Virus record (IMG/VR): IMGVR_UViG_3300033067_000504
Coordinates: 31,203-95,202 of that record
DNA from: a virus
Taxonomy: Duplodnaviria; Heunggongvirae; Uroviricota; Caudoviricetes
Reading direction: 5' to 3' (one strand)
DNA length: 64,000 bases
Shown here: positions 19,555 to 31,100 of the stretch, one piece after another
Numbering within the stretch: the stretch's first letter is position 1
How the letters are laid out: each line of letters opens with the position of its first letter
The notes under the pieces: model-generated
What the model saw: the letters and a program-made list of their open reading frames with translations, nothing else
Database searches by the model: none
Told to the model about the DNA's origin: nothing
Translations under genes and position numbers: made by a program

Positions 19555-22500
19555 CTCTATAGTCTATATTAGATTCCAGAAGCAGAAACCTGTTTCCAGA
19601 AGCATTACTGTACTCGTGACGGCAAATTACGAACTTATCAGTGAATTTCCTCTGGTCAAACCAGCTCATGTTTGTATTAAGCTTTGTAAGATCCAGATTG
19701 TAATTATTGTAGAAATCAAGGGTAAAACCTGGTTGTAGGGCTATATCTCTTATCTCATTAAAGTACCAAACACGATTTAGGTTACGTATGTTTGTGCTGT
19801 ATAACTGGTCTATCTGAGCAAAATTAGACAAATCAATTTTACCTGAACAGTGGTCTAAGGATCTAACTGTTAGGTTTGTTAATGTGTCTGTGTACTGCAG
19901 TTGACCAGAACCATTGTAGGATTCAGACAACCAACTCAAACCAGTAAATACTTTATCCTGATTAACATCTGGATTGTGAACTACATCTACTATGAATGGG
20001 TATACTGTTCCTGAGTAGAAGGTGCTATAATTACCTATATTGTGTTGATACAGTGCTCCACTTTTTAAAGAGTATATTTGGTTATTAACTAAACTAAACA
20101 TATAATCTGGAGTGTAATCGTGGAAGCTAACCCATGAATTTGTAATCGGGTTATAGCTTACTGTCCATGATGTAGCACCTTGTTTTTTAGTTATTAATAG
20201 TCTATTATAATACTCATCATAAACCAGTGTATAGCCATTTGCAGTAAATGGATTATCACTTGTTATCTTCATATTGTCTCTAAAGAATATCCTTAAACCG
20301 CTGCTTGATATTTCATTAGCTCTACTTTCTCCATTATACAAGAATACTTTACCTTGTGAATCATCTACAAAGAAGTACCCTACCTTAGTAAGTAAGCAGC
20401 CAAACTTATTTTGTGTACCAGCATAACTTGTATTAGCTGATACTATTTCCTCAGGACGTATTGCAAATAAGTCATTAGACTTAAGATAGATGTTAACTCC
20501 ATCTCCTTGTACTCCAGCATCTGTCCTGGTTCTAAACAAGCTATATGTATGATGTATTAGTAAGTCTCTATTATTGATACCAGCAATATTAATAATGTCT
20601 CCTTTGTTTCTAGGCATTACATATCTATTACCTGCTGGAAAGGTTCTCCATGACATCTCCTTAGCCTCCTCACCTTGAACAATAGACCAAGCTATTGTAG
20701 TAGGAAACTTAGTCTGGTTAGTGCTATTAGGATCATACGTAACTCCTACCTGTACGTTATTTAGATAGCTATAGTCATTATTGTAAGATAACTTATTAAC
20801 TGGTTGTAGAAGATCTAGTAAACAGTTTGTATTTAGTGGTTGACTAACAGCTGGAGGACTAAACAAGTTCCTTACATCAGTTTTACCATAGTAGTAAGTA
20901 CCTACATCACCAGCATCTTGTTGTCTGTAGTTCCAGTTATTTCTTGAGTATCCTACATAACTTCTCCACACTCTTACTCCTTCTACTGAAGGATGACCTA
21001 ATGATGTGTCTGGTGTGGAGGATAGTGGTGCTCCTGTAAAGTAACTCATGTAGCACAAGAAGGTATCTCCACCATTAAAGGCTATGCTAGTAGTTACAAG
21101 GTTAGTTTGATCTGGTGTTCCAAATCCTTCCATAGGTACTGTGTCCTGTGTAAGGAATGAGCTATGTACATCACTTAGTACTCTTCTGTACTCCATATGC
21201 ACTGTCTCTTCAAATCCTGTGGTCCAAGGACTATCTATAGTTCCTGAGTTAGTACCAGAACCTAATGCAGATAGTGTATCTGTGTTTATTGAAGTAATAG
21301 CACTAACATCAGCTACAAAACACCCCTCGTTGTATAAGTTTTTATACCTATTAACTGAAGAGTTTTGTGGCATGTATGTGAAGTTACTCAGCTTCTTAAG
21401 TGTGTTATAAGAGCTTCTTGTTACTTGAGCATTAGTTGTGTAATCTATTACAGTTCCTATACTTGTACCACGGTTTAAACCTGATACAGTCATTTTAGCT
21501 CCTGCAGAACCAAAACCAGTATAGAACGTATTTAAGCTGTTTCTCCTTAGTTTATAGTTCATCCAAGTGTAGGTAGGAGTAACTTGTCCTATATCCTTAA
21601 GTAGGTCTAAGGCATGTATTCTTATACCATCAGTCTTTATAAAACCAAAGCCTGGGAATGGTGTAGAAGCCATAATCCAGTTACCACCTGTTGACCAGTA
21701 TGTAGTTGTACCACTAAAATCAGTGGCTGGTAAGTGTAGTAAGTCATTACCTACAATAAGTGAATTACTTGTATCTTTTTTAGCAAACGCTATACCCCAT
21801 CTTCTAATCTTACTTTGTATAGCTAATGGTATATTTACATTGCTTACAGTTAATCCTATTCTTGGTAATTTAGATACGCCAACAGTAGTATCACCTGAGT
21901 AAGTTGTATTAACTAAATAAGAGGTTGTAGGCATTCTATGGTGCCTAACTTTTTGTCCAGCTAAACTACCATAAACAGCGTTGTTAGGATAAGTTTCATT
22001 GGCGTTTTCCCAGAAACCTAAGTTATTGCTAGCACCACCATAATTACTTGTATCTTCTACCTGGAATCTAGTGTACGTTAATCCATCTTGAGTTACTATG
22101 TCTCTTTCGTTTGACACAGCAGCTCTTCCTGGAATATGATAGTATACTCTATTACCATTGTTCAGCTCTACTTCAAGATATAATGCATAAACATCACCAG
22201 GCATTAAGGATAATGCTAAGGAGTCTTTATGGTTATTAAAGTTAGTCATTACATCAACTAAACTTACGTTGTAGTTGACAGTAATATTCATTGCTGTACT
22301 TTGTAGTTCAGGAAGATCGTCAGAAGTGAGATTAGCTAGTACTAGCTGTCCATTTACTTGTGTTATAGCTTTAGCATTGTTATAACTAGCATTAGCTGTT
22401 AATACTTCAGCAAGAGCTAATTTAGTAGAAGTCTCAGAACCAGTTACTGCAGCTGTTACTGTAGTTCCAGGTAAGCTCTTAGTTAATGCTTGATAAGGTG

Positions 22501-23230
22501 TTAATACTTGATCTTTAGATTGTATGTAGCCTATTACAATGTTGTCAAATGCTGTATCACAAGAGCTGAAAGTAAGGCTAATTGATTTGGAGCTGATTGT
22601 GCCTGCATCACAACCATCATTATTATTGAATGCATCAGATTTACTGTCATCATTTATGTAGAATACTTTATCGTGTACAAACCAGTTTGTCTCAGTTCCA
22701 TCATTACTTGTGTATTTTGTAATGATGACGTATGCACCAGTAGGTAATGATCCACCAGTATCATTTATTGCGTAAGAAGATAGTACAGGATTAGTTACAG
22801 CTTGGAAGATTTCTGTATCTTCTAAACTGTTTATAGCTGGGTTATCAAGGTTTATAATCCTTGGTTTACCATTATCAGAAATAAAGGCTACTACCCTTTC
22901 ACCATTAACATTCTGTCTAAACTCACCTTTAATTGGGTAAGATGTGGAGAATCCTAGTGATGGGTTGTTGTATACTGCAGTATAAACTCCATTACTCCAT
23001 GAGCCTATTTCACAGTTAGTATTATCTGTAGAGAATACAGCAAAGCTTGTTCCTGTAGGGACTATTCCTATTATTGTATATGGAGCAATTATACCAAGGT
23101 TAGAGAACCCCTTCTCGTTTTCAAGAGTTCCTAATATATTAGTAGATACCACATTTTTAGCAAATCGGTATGTTCCTTCTGGCTGATCAGTTTCAGCACA
23201 ATCAGTATATAGTCCTTTTATTGGTTTCAT
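19541..23230 (-). CDS. large tail protein, 1229 aa (Ser/Thr/Asn/Gly-rich, beta-rich character)
   Basis: Long ORF overlapping the next gene by 14 nt; composition typical of tail spike or tail tube proteins. Confidence 0.5.
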   Translation of the reverse strand: MKPIKGLYTDCAETDQPEGTYRFAKNVVSTNILGTLENEKGFSNLGIIAPYTIIGIVPTGTSFAVFSTDNTNCEIGSWSNGVYTAVYNNPSLGFSTSYPIKGEFRQNVNGERVVAFISDNGKPRIINLDNPAINSLEDTEIFQAVTNPVLSSYAINDTGGSLPTGAYVIITKYTSNDGTETNWFVHDKVFYINDDSKSDAFNNNDGCDAGTISSKSISLTFSSCDTAFDNIVIGYIQSKDQVLTPYQALTKSLPGTTVTAAVTGSETSTKLALAEVLTANASYNNAKAITQVNGQLVLANLTSDDLPELQSTAMNITVNYNVSLVDVMTNFNNHKDSLALSLMPGDVYALYLEVELNNGNRVYYHIPGRAAVSNERDIVTQDGLTYTRFQVEDTSNYGGASNNLGFWENANETYPNNAVYGSLAGQKVRHHRMPTTSYLVNTTYSGDTTVGVSKLPRIGLTVSNVNIPLAIQSKIRRWGIAFAKKDTSNSLIVGNDLLHLPATDFSGTTTYWSTGGNWIMASTPFPGFGFIKTDGIRIHALDLLKDIGQVTPTYTWMNYKLRRNSLNTFYTGFGSAGAKMTVSGLNRGTSIGTVIDYTTNAQVTRSSYNTLKKLSNFTYMPQNSSVNRYKNLYNEGCFVADVSAITSINTDTLSALGSGTNSGTIDSPWTTGFEETVHMEYRRVLSDVHSSFLTQDTVPMEGFGTPDQTNLVTTSIAFNGGDTFLCYMSYFTGAPLSSTPDTSLGHPSVEGVRVWRSYVGYSRNNWNYRQQDAGDVGTYYYGKTDVRNLFSPPAVSQPLNTNCLLDLLQPVNKLSYNNDYSYLNNVQVGVTYDPNSTNQTKFPTTIAWSIVQGEEAKEMSWRTFPAGNRYVMPRNKGDIINIAGINNRDLLIHHTYSLFRTRTDAGVQGDGVNIYLKSNDLFAIRPEEIVSANTSYAGTQNKFGCLLTKVGYFFVDDSQGKVFLYNGESRANEISSSGLRIFFRDNMKITSDNPFTANGYTLVYDEYYNRLLITKKQGATSWTVSYNPITNSWVSFHDYTPDYMFSLVNNQIYSLKSGALYQHNIGNYSTFYSGTVYPFIVDVVHNPDVNQDKVFTGLSWLSESYNGSGQLQYTDTLTNLTVRSLDHCSGKIDLSNFAQIDQLYSTNIRNLNRVWYFNEIRDIALQPGFTLDFYNNYNLDLTKLNTNMSWFDQRKFTDKFVICRHEYSNASGNRFLLLESNIDYRDATK

Positions 23231-23622
23231 TACTTTGTTATATAAGCCCAGCTAAGAACTACAATACTAATTCCTTCCAGGATCATTATTTTAACTGCTT
23301 TCCACTTGCTTTTACGTAGTGCTTTTTTATTGTCAGCTATTTGAGCTTCTCTTATTCTTACTACCTCTTCAAGATCTTTTATGATCTTATTGTAGGTTTC
23401 ATCTTTAGTTTTATAGATAGTTATCTCTCTATCTTTAGCATTCACCTCTTTTACCAGGAATGTTATAATAGAGTCCTGTCTGTTAACAGTAAACTGAAGA
23501 TGGTCTTTAACTATTAGTTCGTCTATAATCTTAGAAGCAGTAGAGTCAGGTATACACACATCTTGTGCACATAGCGTAAGGCTAATGCTTATAGCGATTA
23601 AGAAGGAAATCAACTTTCTCAT
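23230..23622 (-). CDS. secreted or membrane-anchored small protein, 130 aa (N-terminal signal peptide, C-terminal TM)
   Basis: N-terminus MRKLISFLIAISISLTLCAQD is signal-peptide-like; C-terminal hydrophobic ILEGISIVVLSWAYI. Confidence 0.4.
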   Translation of the reverse strand: MRKLISFLIAISISLTLCAQDVCIPDSTASKIIDELIVKDHLQFTVNRQDSIITFLVKEVNAKDREITIYKTKDETYNKIIKDLEEVVRIREAQIADNKKALRKSKWKAVKIMILEGISIVVLSWAYITK

Positions 23623-23932
23623 TGTGTGTAAATTTAGCTGCTTGTTTACGTCTTAAATCTGTCTCAACACCATCTTTTTTAATACTGTATTGTAAGTTAG
23701 ATATTTTAGCTGAATCGAATTTAACTTGTAATTCCAGTTCCTGTATTTTTAGATCTAGTGTGTGTATTTTTTGTTTATACCCAGAAACCTCCTCTTTCAA
23801 CTCTTTTGCGTGTTGTTCAGTTAGTTTCTTTATTTCCTTATCAGAATTGTTACTGGATAGTAAATATCCAGCAACTGTACCAATAAGTATTGCTATAACT
23901 AGTGCTATTATTTGATACTTATATTTGTCCAT
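23582..23932 (-). CDS. small TM plus coiled-coil protein, 116 aa
   Basis: N-terminal TM segment IIALVIAILIGTVAGYLL followed by a coiled-coil region; overlaps its neighbours at both ends. Confidence 0.35.
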   Translation of the reverse strand: MDKYKYQIIALVIAILIGTVAGYLLSSNNSDKEIKKLTEQHAKELKEEVSGYKQKIHTLDLKIQELELQVKFDSAKISNLQYSIKKDGVETDLRRKQAAKFTHNEKVDFLLNRYKH

Positions 23933-24161
23933 CTTTAGGCTTCTGTTTAACTGTATAATTACTAATTATATAGGACAGTGCAGCACAACTCCAGATTGTA
24001 TATCTAACCCATGAAGGAATCATTAGATCGGCAGGTATTGCTCCTAACATGTTAGTAAGTTCCCCTACAACCCCGATTATAGTTATTAGTTTAAAGCCCC
24101 AAGTGTGAAGTAATTCACCAATGTCTGATCTATCAGCTGCCCAACGTTCTTTTAATGTCAT
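23919..24161 (-). CDS. two-TM small membrane protein, 80 aa (holin-like topology)
   Basis: Two hydrophobic segments (LITIIGVVGELTNMLGAI and YTIWSCAALSYIISNY). Confidence 0.35.
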   Translation of the reverse strand: MTLKERWAADRSDIGELLHTWGFKLITIIGVVGELTNMLGAIPADLMIPSWVRYTIWSCAALSYIISNYTVKQKPKDGQI

Positions 24162-24165
24162 TTTA

Positions 24166-25026
24166 TTATTTGTTTAATCGTTCTGGTTGTTCACTGTTAG
24201 TGAAAAAGTCTTCATAGTAGTTGTAAGGAGGTATTAATCTAATAAAGCTCCTATTTAGTTTAGCTGCTCCCTCAGGTGAGTAGTAGGATACCTCTCCCAT
24301 TCCTCTTCCTGCATATATCTCATATTGTTCGTTAGCGAATTGATAGTTGAATACAGGGTGTTGGTATCCAGACCCAATAAGCCTACGAATAACATGCCAT
24401 TCCAAACCCTGTTTAAAATTTTCATTATCTGGTATTAAAGGATAACCGTCTTTATCTGTAGGTACTGCATAATAGTGAATTTTAACATACCCAGACTCAA
24501 AACTGGTTTGTATGTAGTTACCAACTATCTTGTAGTAGTTCTTTACTCTTGTACTGTCGTTTACTTTACTTTGTACTATATCTGTACCATCTGTGTAATA
24601 AGGAGGTCTTACCCCAGCTGTACCACTAGGTAAACCAGTGCTTGTCTGGTGCTGAAATGGGTCAACCTGAAATGAGGATACTCTATTTTGAGTGACTACA
24701 TTAACCCCTCTTGCAGAACTTTCTGACCTCAGGTCTGTTTGATCTCCACCTTCAGGTAGTCTGTTACCGTTCTCGTCTTCAACAGCTATAATGCTTACAA
24801 AACCACAAGGCAATTGTGCACAGTGATTACTGGTTAATATTTCTCCAGGACAATCTTGATCTCCTGTAGATTCTATTATTAAGCTATTAGTTACTTGCAT
24901 CATGCCTAAACCTTCAGCTATCCACTCTAACACATCATCATGATATGTAGAAGGTAACTTGTAGCCTAAAGCTCTGATAACTCTAGCTAATATTTCTTTT
25001 CCAGATGTAAGCTTATACTTTGACAT
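24166..25026 (-). CDS. structural protein, 286 aa
   Basis: ORF in the tail module; no motif recognised. Confidence 0.45.
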   Translation of the reverse strand: MSKYKLTSGKEILARVIRALGYKLPSTYHDDVLEWIAEGLGMMQVTNSLIIESTGDQDCPGEILTSNHCAQLPCGFVSIIAVEDENGNRLPEGGDQTDLRSESSARGVNVVTQNRVSSFQVDPFQHQTSTGLPSGTAGVRPPYYTDGTDIVQSKVNDSTRVKNYYKIVGNYIQTSFESGYVKIHYYAVPTDKDGYPLIPDNENFKQGLEWHVIRRLIGSGYQHPVFNYQFANEQYEIYAGRGMGEVSYYSPEGAAKLNRSFIRLIPPYNYYEDFFTNSEQPERLNK

Positions 25027-25027
25027 G

Positions 25028-25597
25028 TTAAACTGGTTGTGGTACCTGGTTAGAGTATAGTAAGTGTAGTGTTGGATTAATCCTATTAGCTAATACAAGT
25101 TTACCTTTGTTTCCTAGTTTATTAGGATTGTTATCTCCACCTTTCTTACTTCTATTACTTGTTGGTATGAACTTATAAACTGTTTGATTTTTAACTCTAC
25201 AAATATTCTTTTTTACCCATCCCCAACGTAAATACCAAGGATCAGAGAAGTAAACTAACCACGCTTCTCCTTGTTCAGAACCAGCTTCTCTTGGTGTTTC
25301 TCCTCTTGCAATTATTTCAGCTTTTAACTGTTTACTTGCCCCCCAGTCTACTTTTGGGTTTTCGTAATTACGTCTTATTTTCTTTATTAATAAATTTCCT
25401 AAGTTACTTCCAAAGTTAAGTACTTGACCAAAGATTACAGCATCAGCCGCTTTTCTATTGAATCTTGAAATAACTTCTTTATACATCCAATAAGGCTCTT
25501 TACTTTTAGGATACTTAGCTTTGTAATGAGCATACATTTCCTTTGTTGAATGAGTTACTGGAGGTCTTATTACTTTTCCTGTTCTTACTTGCTCCAT
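25028..25597 (-). CDS. hypothetical protein, 189 aa
   Basis: ORF; start abuts the neighbouring gene. Confidence 0.45.
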   Translation of the reverse strand: MEQVRTGKVIRPPVTHSTKEMYAHYKAKYPKSKEPYWMYKEVISRFNRKAADAVIFGQVLNFGSNLGNLLIKKIRRNYENPKVDWGASKQLKAEIIARGETPREAGSEQGEAWLVYFSDPWYLRWGWVKKNICRVKNQTVYKFIPTSNRSKKGGDNNPNKLGNKGKLVLANRINPTLHLLYSNQVPQPV

Positions 25598-25617
25598 AGT
25601 TTAGTTAGTTTGTTAGA

Positions 25618-26274
25618 TTAGTAAGTTGATGCTTCTGTCCAGTCTACAGTTACTGTTAGCTGCCAAGTTCCTGTACCAGGTACTGCAGGTAGTGTTAGCA
25701 CAAAACCCTCTTTTGCTGCTAATACTAAAGGATACTCTCCAGCTTGAACCTCAAGTAGGTTTGTTGGAGCTAGTATTTGTGGTTGTAGAGAACCTGTTAT
25801 TGGACAACCAGCCACTATTGTTGTAATAGGGTTGGCTTCTATTGTTTTAGTTCCTGCAACTAATGCTGTAGTATTTATAATCTGTGCAAAACCTAATAAA
25901 GAGTTAGCCATTGTAGTTTTCTTCTTTAGTATTGCTGCTGGAGTTAACGTAGTACCACCAGAACCGTTTGCTGACCAACCAGTAGCTTTAAACAAGCTTA
26001 TTTGCATTGGTACACCAGCTGCAAAGAACGTAGTTGATACTGCTGCACTAATAGTTATTGTGTTAATTATTGCTAGCCTTGTGGCATCTGTCCATCTAAA
26101 TTGGAATAATTCAGAGTTAGCAGCTAATCCTGCAGCTATAACACCACTACTCATACCAGCTTCAAAAGAACCATTATTGCCTGGATCTACTGGCTTTATG
26201 TTTACGTTTAGTGCACTGTGTAATGTTCCACCAATTTCTGCAGCTAAACCTGTTGTTCTACTTGTTATATCCAT
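25618..26274 (-). CDS. structural protein, 218 aa (Ala/Thr/Gly-rich)
   Basis: ORF; the antisense ORFs 25626-26290 are rejected in favour of this frame. Confidence 0.45.
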   Translation of the reverse strand: MDITSRTTGLAAEIGGTLHSALNVNIKPVDPGNNGSFEAGMSSGVIAAGLAANSELFQFRWTDATRLAIINTITISAAVSTTFFAAGVPMQISLFKATGWSANGSGGTTLTPAAILKKKTTMANSLLGFAQIINTTALVAGTKTIEANPITTIVAGCPITGSLQPQILAPTNLLEVQAGEYPLVLAAKEGFVLTLPAVPGTGTWQLTVTVDWTEASTY

Positions 26275-26286
26275 TTCTTTAAACTT

Positions 26287-26724
26287 TTAATGTTGTGTCT
26301 TTCTAATTACTAACTCAAATGTATCAGGAAGCATATCATAAATCATCTGTAAAGCTACAGTAGATTTAGCTACATCCATCATTCCATCTTTATTTAAGTC
26401 AACTATATCCATACCAGGAGCTATACATCCAAGTAATTGACTTACATAATTACCCCTATGAATACAGATTCCTATACGTTTAGGTACATTTTGTAATCTA
26501 AAGTGTGGATAGGGAAAATGATCAGTTGGTAGTTCCTTCTTAACAATATAAGGTACCCCTACATCTTTTGTTTCTGGTATGCAGTTTTGATTTATGTGAT
26601 TACCACCATCAAGATAAGGTAACTCCATAGTATGACAAACTAATTTACCATCTATAAATAAGTTACCAAGTGTTTCAGTTGGTAAATAAGTTCTTTCTAA
26701 TATTACTTGTTTAAGCTTGTCCAT
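26287..26724 (-). CDS. hypothetical protein, 145 aa
   Basis: ORF. Confidence 0.4.
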   Translation of the reverse strand: MDKLKQVILERTYLPTETLGNLFIDGKLVCHTMELPYLDGGNHINQNCIPETKDVGVPYIVKKELPTDHFPYPHFRLQNVPKRIGICIHRGNYVSQLLGCIAPGMDIVDLNKDGMMDVAKSTVALQMIYDMLPDTFELVIRKTQH

Positions 26725-27370
26725 CTTGTTTATCTAATGCTACCTCACCTATTTCTTTAGTCATTAAGACTTTTAATTCATTCTTTAATACATCTTGCAT
26801 AATAGTATTAATGATGTCATCAGGTATTTCCCACTGATCATCATCAGTATAACAAGCGACTCCAGAGCACTTAAATGGAGATAGTTGTCTGGCGTCTGGC
26901 CATATTCCCCTTACTCCAAGATACTCAAGGTCATCCTCATTATATACGTAAATCCTTTTATTAACGTAGAAGTACTTTGGTCTATCTGGTGTCCACTTGG
27001 AACCAAACTTTATTATCCAATATAACTGTTCTGGTGTTGTGTAAGTGTAGCTATCCAGTTTATCAGGATCTCCTACATAATCAAACAATCCATAAGAAGT
27101 ACGAATCGGTAGAGGGATTTCCTCTACCGTTCTAAGTACTGTACAATCAACTTCTACAGGGCATTCAGCTTTATCCACCCTTTCTAGTGCTGCAGAGAAG
27201 TCTTTCAAGAAGTACTTTCTCTGTTCTGGGTGTTTATCTATTACCTTCTGTAGCCAGTCTGCTCTCTTATAGTTTAGAATAACCTTCAACTCCTCTTGCA
27301 GGGGTATATTAAAAGGCTGTCCTACCCGATCAGCTAATAAGTCTACAAGTTCGTTTAAGGATATTTTCAT
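26711..27370 (-). CDS. hypothetical protein, 219 aa
   Basis: ORF; 14-nt overlap with the downstream gene. Confidence 0.45.
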   Translation of the reverse strand: MKISLNELVDLLADRVGQPFNIPLQEELKVILNYKRADWLQKVIDKHPEQRKYFLKDFSAALERVDKAECPVEVDCTVLRTVEEIPLPIRTSYGLFDYVGDPDKLDSYTYTTPEQLYWIIKFGSKWTPDRPKYFYVNKRIYVYNEDDLEYLGVRGIWPDARQLSPFKCSGVACYTDDDQWEIPDDIINTIMQDVLKNELKVLMTKEIGEVALDKQDGQA

Positions 27371-27375
27371 ACTAA

Positions 27376-27624
27376 TTAAGCTTGAGCTACTTCTTTTTTA
27401 GCTTTTTTCTCTTTTTTGGCAACTGGAAGATCAAATACTAATGTACCATCTTCTTTCAGCTGTGCATTTTCTATTGGACCAGCAACATTGTTTTCCTCAA
27501 GAATCAACTCAAGGATTGTGTTTTGCTTGTCTTCTAGCTCTTTGTAAGCTGCCATCAATTGTTGCTTTTGAGCTTCAATCGTTTTGATAGCTGTTACAGC
27601 CTTTGCTCTTAATTTAATTTCCAT
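27376..27624 (-). CDS. small coiled-coil protein, 82 aa
   Basis: ORF; charged helical sequence. Confidence 0.4.
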   Translation of the reverse strand: MEIKLRAKAVTAIKTIEAQKQQLMAAYKELEDKQNTILELILEENNVAGPIENAQLKEDGTLVFDLPVAKKEKKAKKEVAQA

Positions 27625-27695
27625 ATTAGTTTTATTTAGTTTAGATACAAAGATATGATAATTCTAGGGTATAATCCAAATATTTAGTAAGCTTT

Positions 27696-28175
27696 TTACT
27701 GGTCATAGGCGTGGTAAATAGCATCTTCTGTTTGTAGAATTTGAAGAATTAGGGGGTATACTTTAACTGGGGAGTTCATTATAACCGCAAAGAAGTAGTC
27801 AAATTGTCCCATAGGAGTATCTACAGTAGCTCCTAATGAGTCAATATAATGACCAGTTTGGTATTGAGTTATATTTCCTGACTCATCTCTTACTTCAGGA
27901 AGATCTTGAACAAATGTAGCATGTAAACCACTAGCGGGGTTTACCAAGGTACTATTGGTTGCTGTAAGTATTCTTGAAAAAGGTCTAACTTCTTGATTTG
28001 ATAGTTCTTTTCCATAACCATCTTGTTCTTTTGAATCACTTTCAAAAAAATGGCATGAAGTGTTAATTGATACAGATCCCCCATCTTTATTGACAGAGAA
28101 ACTAGACCATGTAATTGCCCTTTTTATCTTGGAAAAGGGACTATTTGAAATCGGTATGTAATGCTGTGGTAACAT
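27696..28175 (-). CDS. hypothetical protein, 159 aa
   Basis: ORF immediately upstream of the fibre gene. Confidence 0.4.
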   Translation of the reverse strand: MLPQHYIPISNSPFSKIKRAITWSSFSVNKDGGSVSINTSCHFFESDSKEQDGYGKELSNQEVRPFSRILTATNSTLVNPASGLHATFVQDLPEVRDESGNITQYQTGHYIDSLGATVDTPMGQFDYFFAVIMNSPVKVYPLILQILQTEDAIYHAYDQ

Positions 28176-28179
28176 ATTA

Positions 28180-31100
28180 TTAGGTTAAAAGTCCAAGGTT
28201 TTGTAATGCCTGTACTATTTGTTTTATTGTGTATCCTCCAAATGTAGAGGCATCATTTACTGCTGTTCCTGCGTTCGCAACAAAGGCCGCAGCAGCTACG
28301 GCTGTGGTAGGCCTTGTTATCGCCGCTACGTTATAGAATCCCAACTTACCAGTTGACCTTGATTGTACGTTTACAGCACCTTCTGCCCCGGAGCCATTGG
28401 GGACGCCAGATGAAATGTTTATGTTTCCTGCGGCATTATTTCCAACTGTATACCCGTTACCAGATTTTAAGTTAAAATCACCGCCTGTAACAGAGGCAGC
28501 GTGTCCATTTGCGGATGTGATGCTAAAAGCAGCAACTGCACCTGCTGTGTAAATGTTTACTATGCCCGTTGATGAAAACTGAACGGATGTTGTGGGTACG
28601 GCTGGGTCGTACATTAAAATAGCGTTGGCCTGAAGCCGCATCACTGCCGTTCCTTTAGTGATTATATTAATGTCAACATTAGCTGCAGATCCAGACGCTG
28701 TAAGAGTTCTAACCGATCCCGCCAACCCAGTGTCACCAAATGTTAGGTCACCACTGCTGGGTACAAATAATTTACTACTCACGGCATTTGTGCCGTTAGA
28801 CATCATCAATTCAGTGTTGGCAGCAGAGTTCGTAATACCACCTCCAGCGACGCCCACAGTTACCCAAGAGGCCCCATTGTAGTACTTCAGGTTTCCGGCG
28901 TCACTCGTAAGCATGCCCGCAGAAGGTGACGCAATACTCGCAGACGCCGCTGTAGTGAGCTTAAGCGCCTGAGTTGCGCTCTGGAGATCAAGTATTGTCG
29001 ACGCGTTTGTTATCGCCGTTCCACCGATAAGGGCTTGCCCAGATGCCACAAAATTACCATTGAGCCCAAGCGCCCAGTTGTTTGTTATAGTTACACCGGC
29101 ACCAGCAGACGGAGCATCTATATATACAGAGTATGCACGGGTAAATGTGGCCGATGTAGTGGTCTTGTTGTAGGTTATACCGCGAACATAGATGTCCCGC
29201 TGAGTTACTACAGTGCCATCCGCCCATGTTTTAGATGCAGTACCAGCACTTAACGAAGCACCCGACGAGAAGCTGGCGTTTGCATTTGCGCTGTTAAGAA
29301 TAATATTAGATTGCTCGGAAGCAGCAGTTATTGCTGTGTGTGCTGCTGCATCAATCCTAGTTGCTGGAATCCATGAAGCAGAAAGATTAGATTGTAATAT
29401 GTAAAATTTAGCTAAATCAGCACTTGCAAGTGCATAACTACCTATTCTTACATTACCAGAAGTGTAAAAGGCAAATGGCTGATCTCCTAATATTGCTCCA
29501 GATACGTTTACACCTTGACCTCCAAATATAATTCCACGCCCTGTACCCGTTGTTCTAAGTGAAAAATAGTAAGGTGCTCCATAACCAGCAGACTCCAATA
29601 AAACAGTATCTGCTAAAATTGCTGTGTTTCCTAGTGATATATTGTAACCTCCACTGCCTGTAGCATTTGTACCAACAAAAGAAGCTATAGTTTTTGTTGT
29701 ATTATTTGCCAGAAAAGCTGAACCAACCCCCAAAGAAATTGCATTTGTAATTGTTGCATTAGTTCCCGCTATAGGATTATCAATATAAACTGTATAGGCG
29801 TTTGTGAACGTCTGGGCACTGGCACCTGCAAGAGTAATGCCCCTAAAATACGTGCTTCTCTGTGTAGCAACAGTTCCACCTCCAGCCCAAGTTTGGGTTG
29901 CGGTCTGAAAGTCTTGATTTATATTTTCAAGTGTATTAGTGATCGCAGTGTGTGCTCCCGGATCTATTCTAAGCGTCGGTATCCACCCAGTTGATAGGTT
30001 TGCTTGTCTTACGTATAACTTTGCGGCATCTGCAACAACTGCACCAAAACTTGCAGACCATATAGTATAGTTGCCAAGAGTTCCGCTAAGAAGCGTTGAA
30101 TTTACTTGAAAGTTTCCAATGTTTGAGTAATATACTTTTGGCGTTCCGTTTTGGGAAAATCCCCACCCAGTAGACCCTATTGCATTGAACCCAAAGTCGT
30201 TATTTCCACCAGATAGACTTCCTACTCCGGGTCCAATCTCCCAGTTTATTCCACCAGCAGTTAACCAAATTGGTTTTGTTACACCCAGTGCATAGTTGGC
30301 TGAAAAAGTGTTATTAAATGTGGGGTTAATGTAAACGGCATAGGCGGTTTGTGTAGCCGGATTCCCCACATTTCTAGTTAATGTGGGATCAAATACATAT
30401 CCAAATAAGGTATCGCTTGCTGTGTTGCGTGAGGTGAATGTTCCAGCAAATTCAACATGATTTTGATTATTTGCTGTGGCAGTCCATGTGCCGCTAAATA
30501 AGAGTTGGTTTGCTGTATTGGAGGTTATGGTATTTGTACCAGTAAGAGTACCACCGGAGGCCAGCAGCCAAGAACCTGCATTAGTAACAACCGTAGCATT
30601 ATTACCTGGATCATCAGTTACAGTAAGTCCAACAAATTTTAAGTTGGTTCTTTGAGTAAAGCTTGTAGGAACGCTATCCTGTATTACGTGTCCTGTAGTT
30701 AATAAAGAAGTCCAGGCAACATTACCACCACTTATAGATAATACTTGTCCGTTAGTTCCTGGTGCTAAAGGTAAAGCATTACCACCAATTGTTCCAACCC
30801 ATAGATAGTTAGCTGTTAAGCTTGGTGATCTTAATGTAATAGCGTTAAGTTGTGCTTGTACATCAGAACTTAAACCATTGAGAAATTGTAGTTTAGCTGT
30901 AGTTATACCAAAAGCAGCTAGACCAGTTAATAGATTTACATCAGCAGTGTTAGCTGTAACACCTGTTAAGGAAGAAACACTTAATGTTGACCATTGAGTG
31001 TTGTAATTAGTTCCATCTATTTTATTTAAATACTGACCTGCAGTACCACCAGTGGGTAATCCATTGGCGGTAGCAGCTCCCCAAGCTGGTACTCCACCAG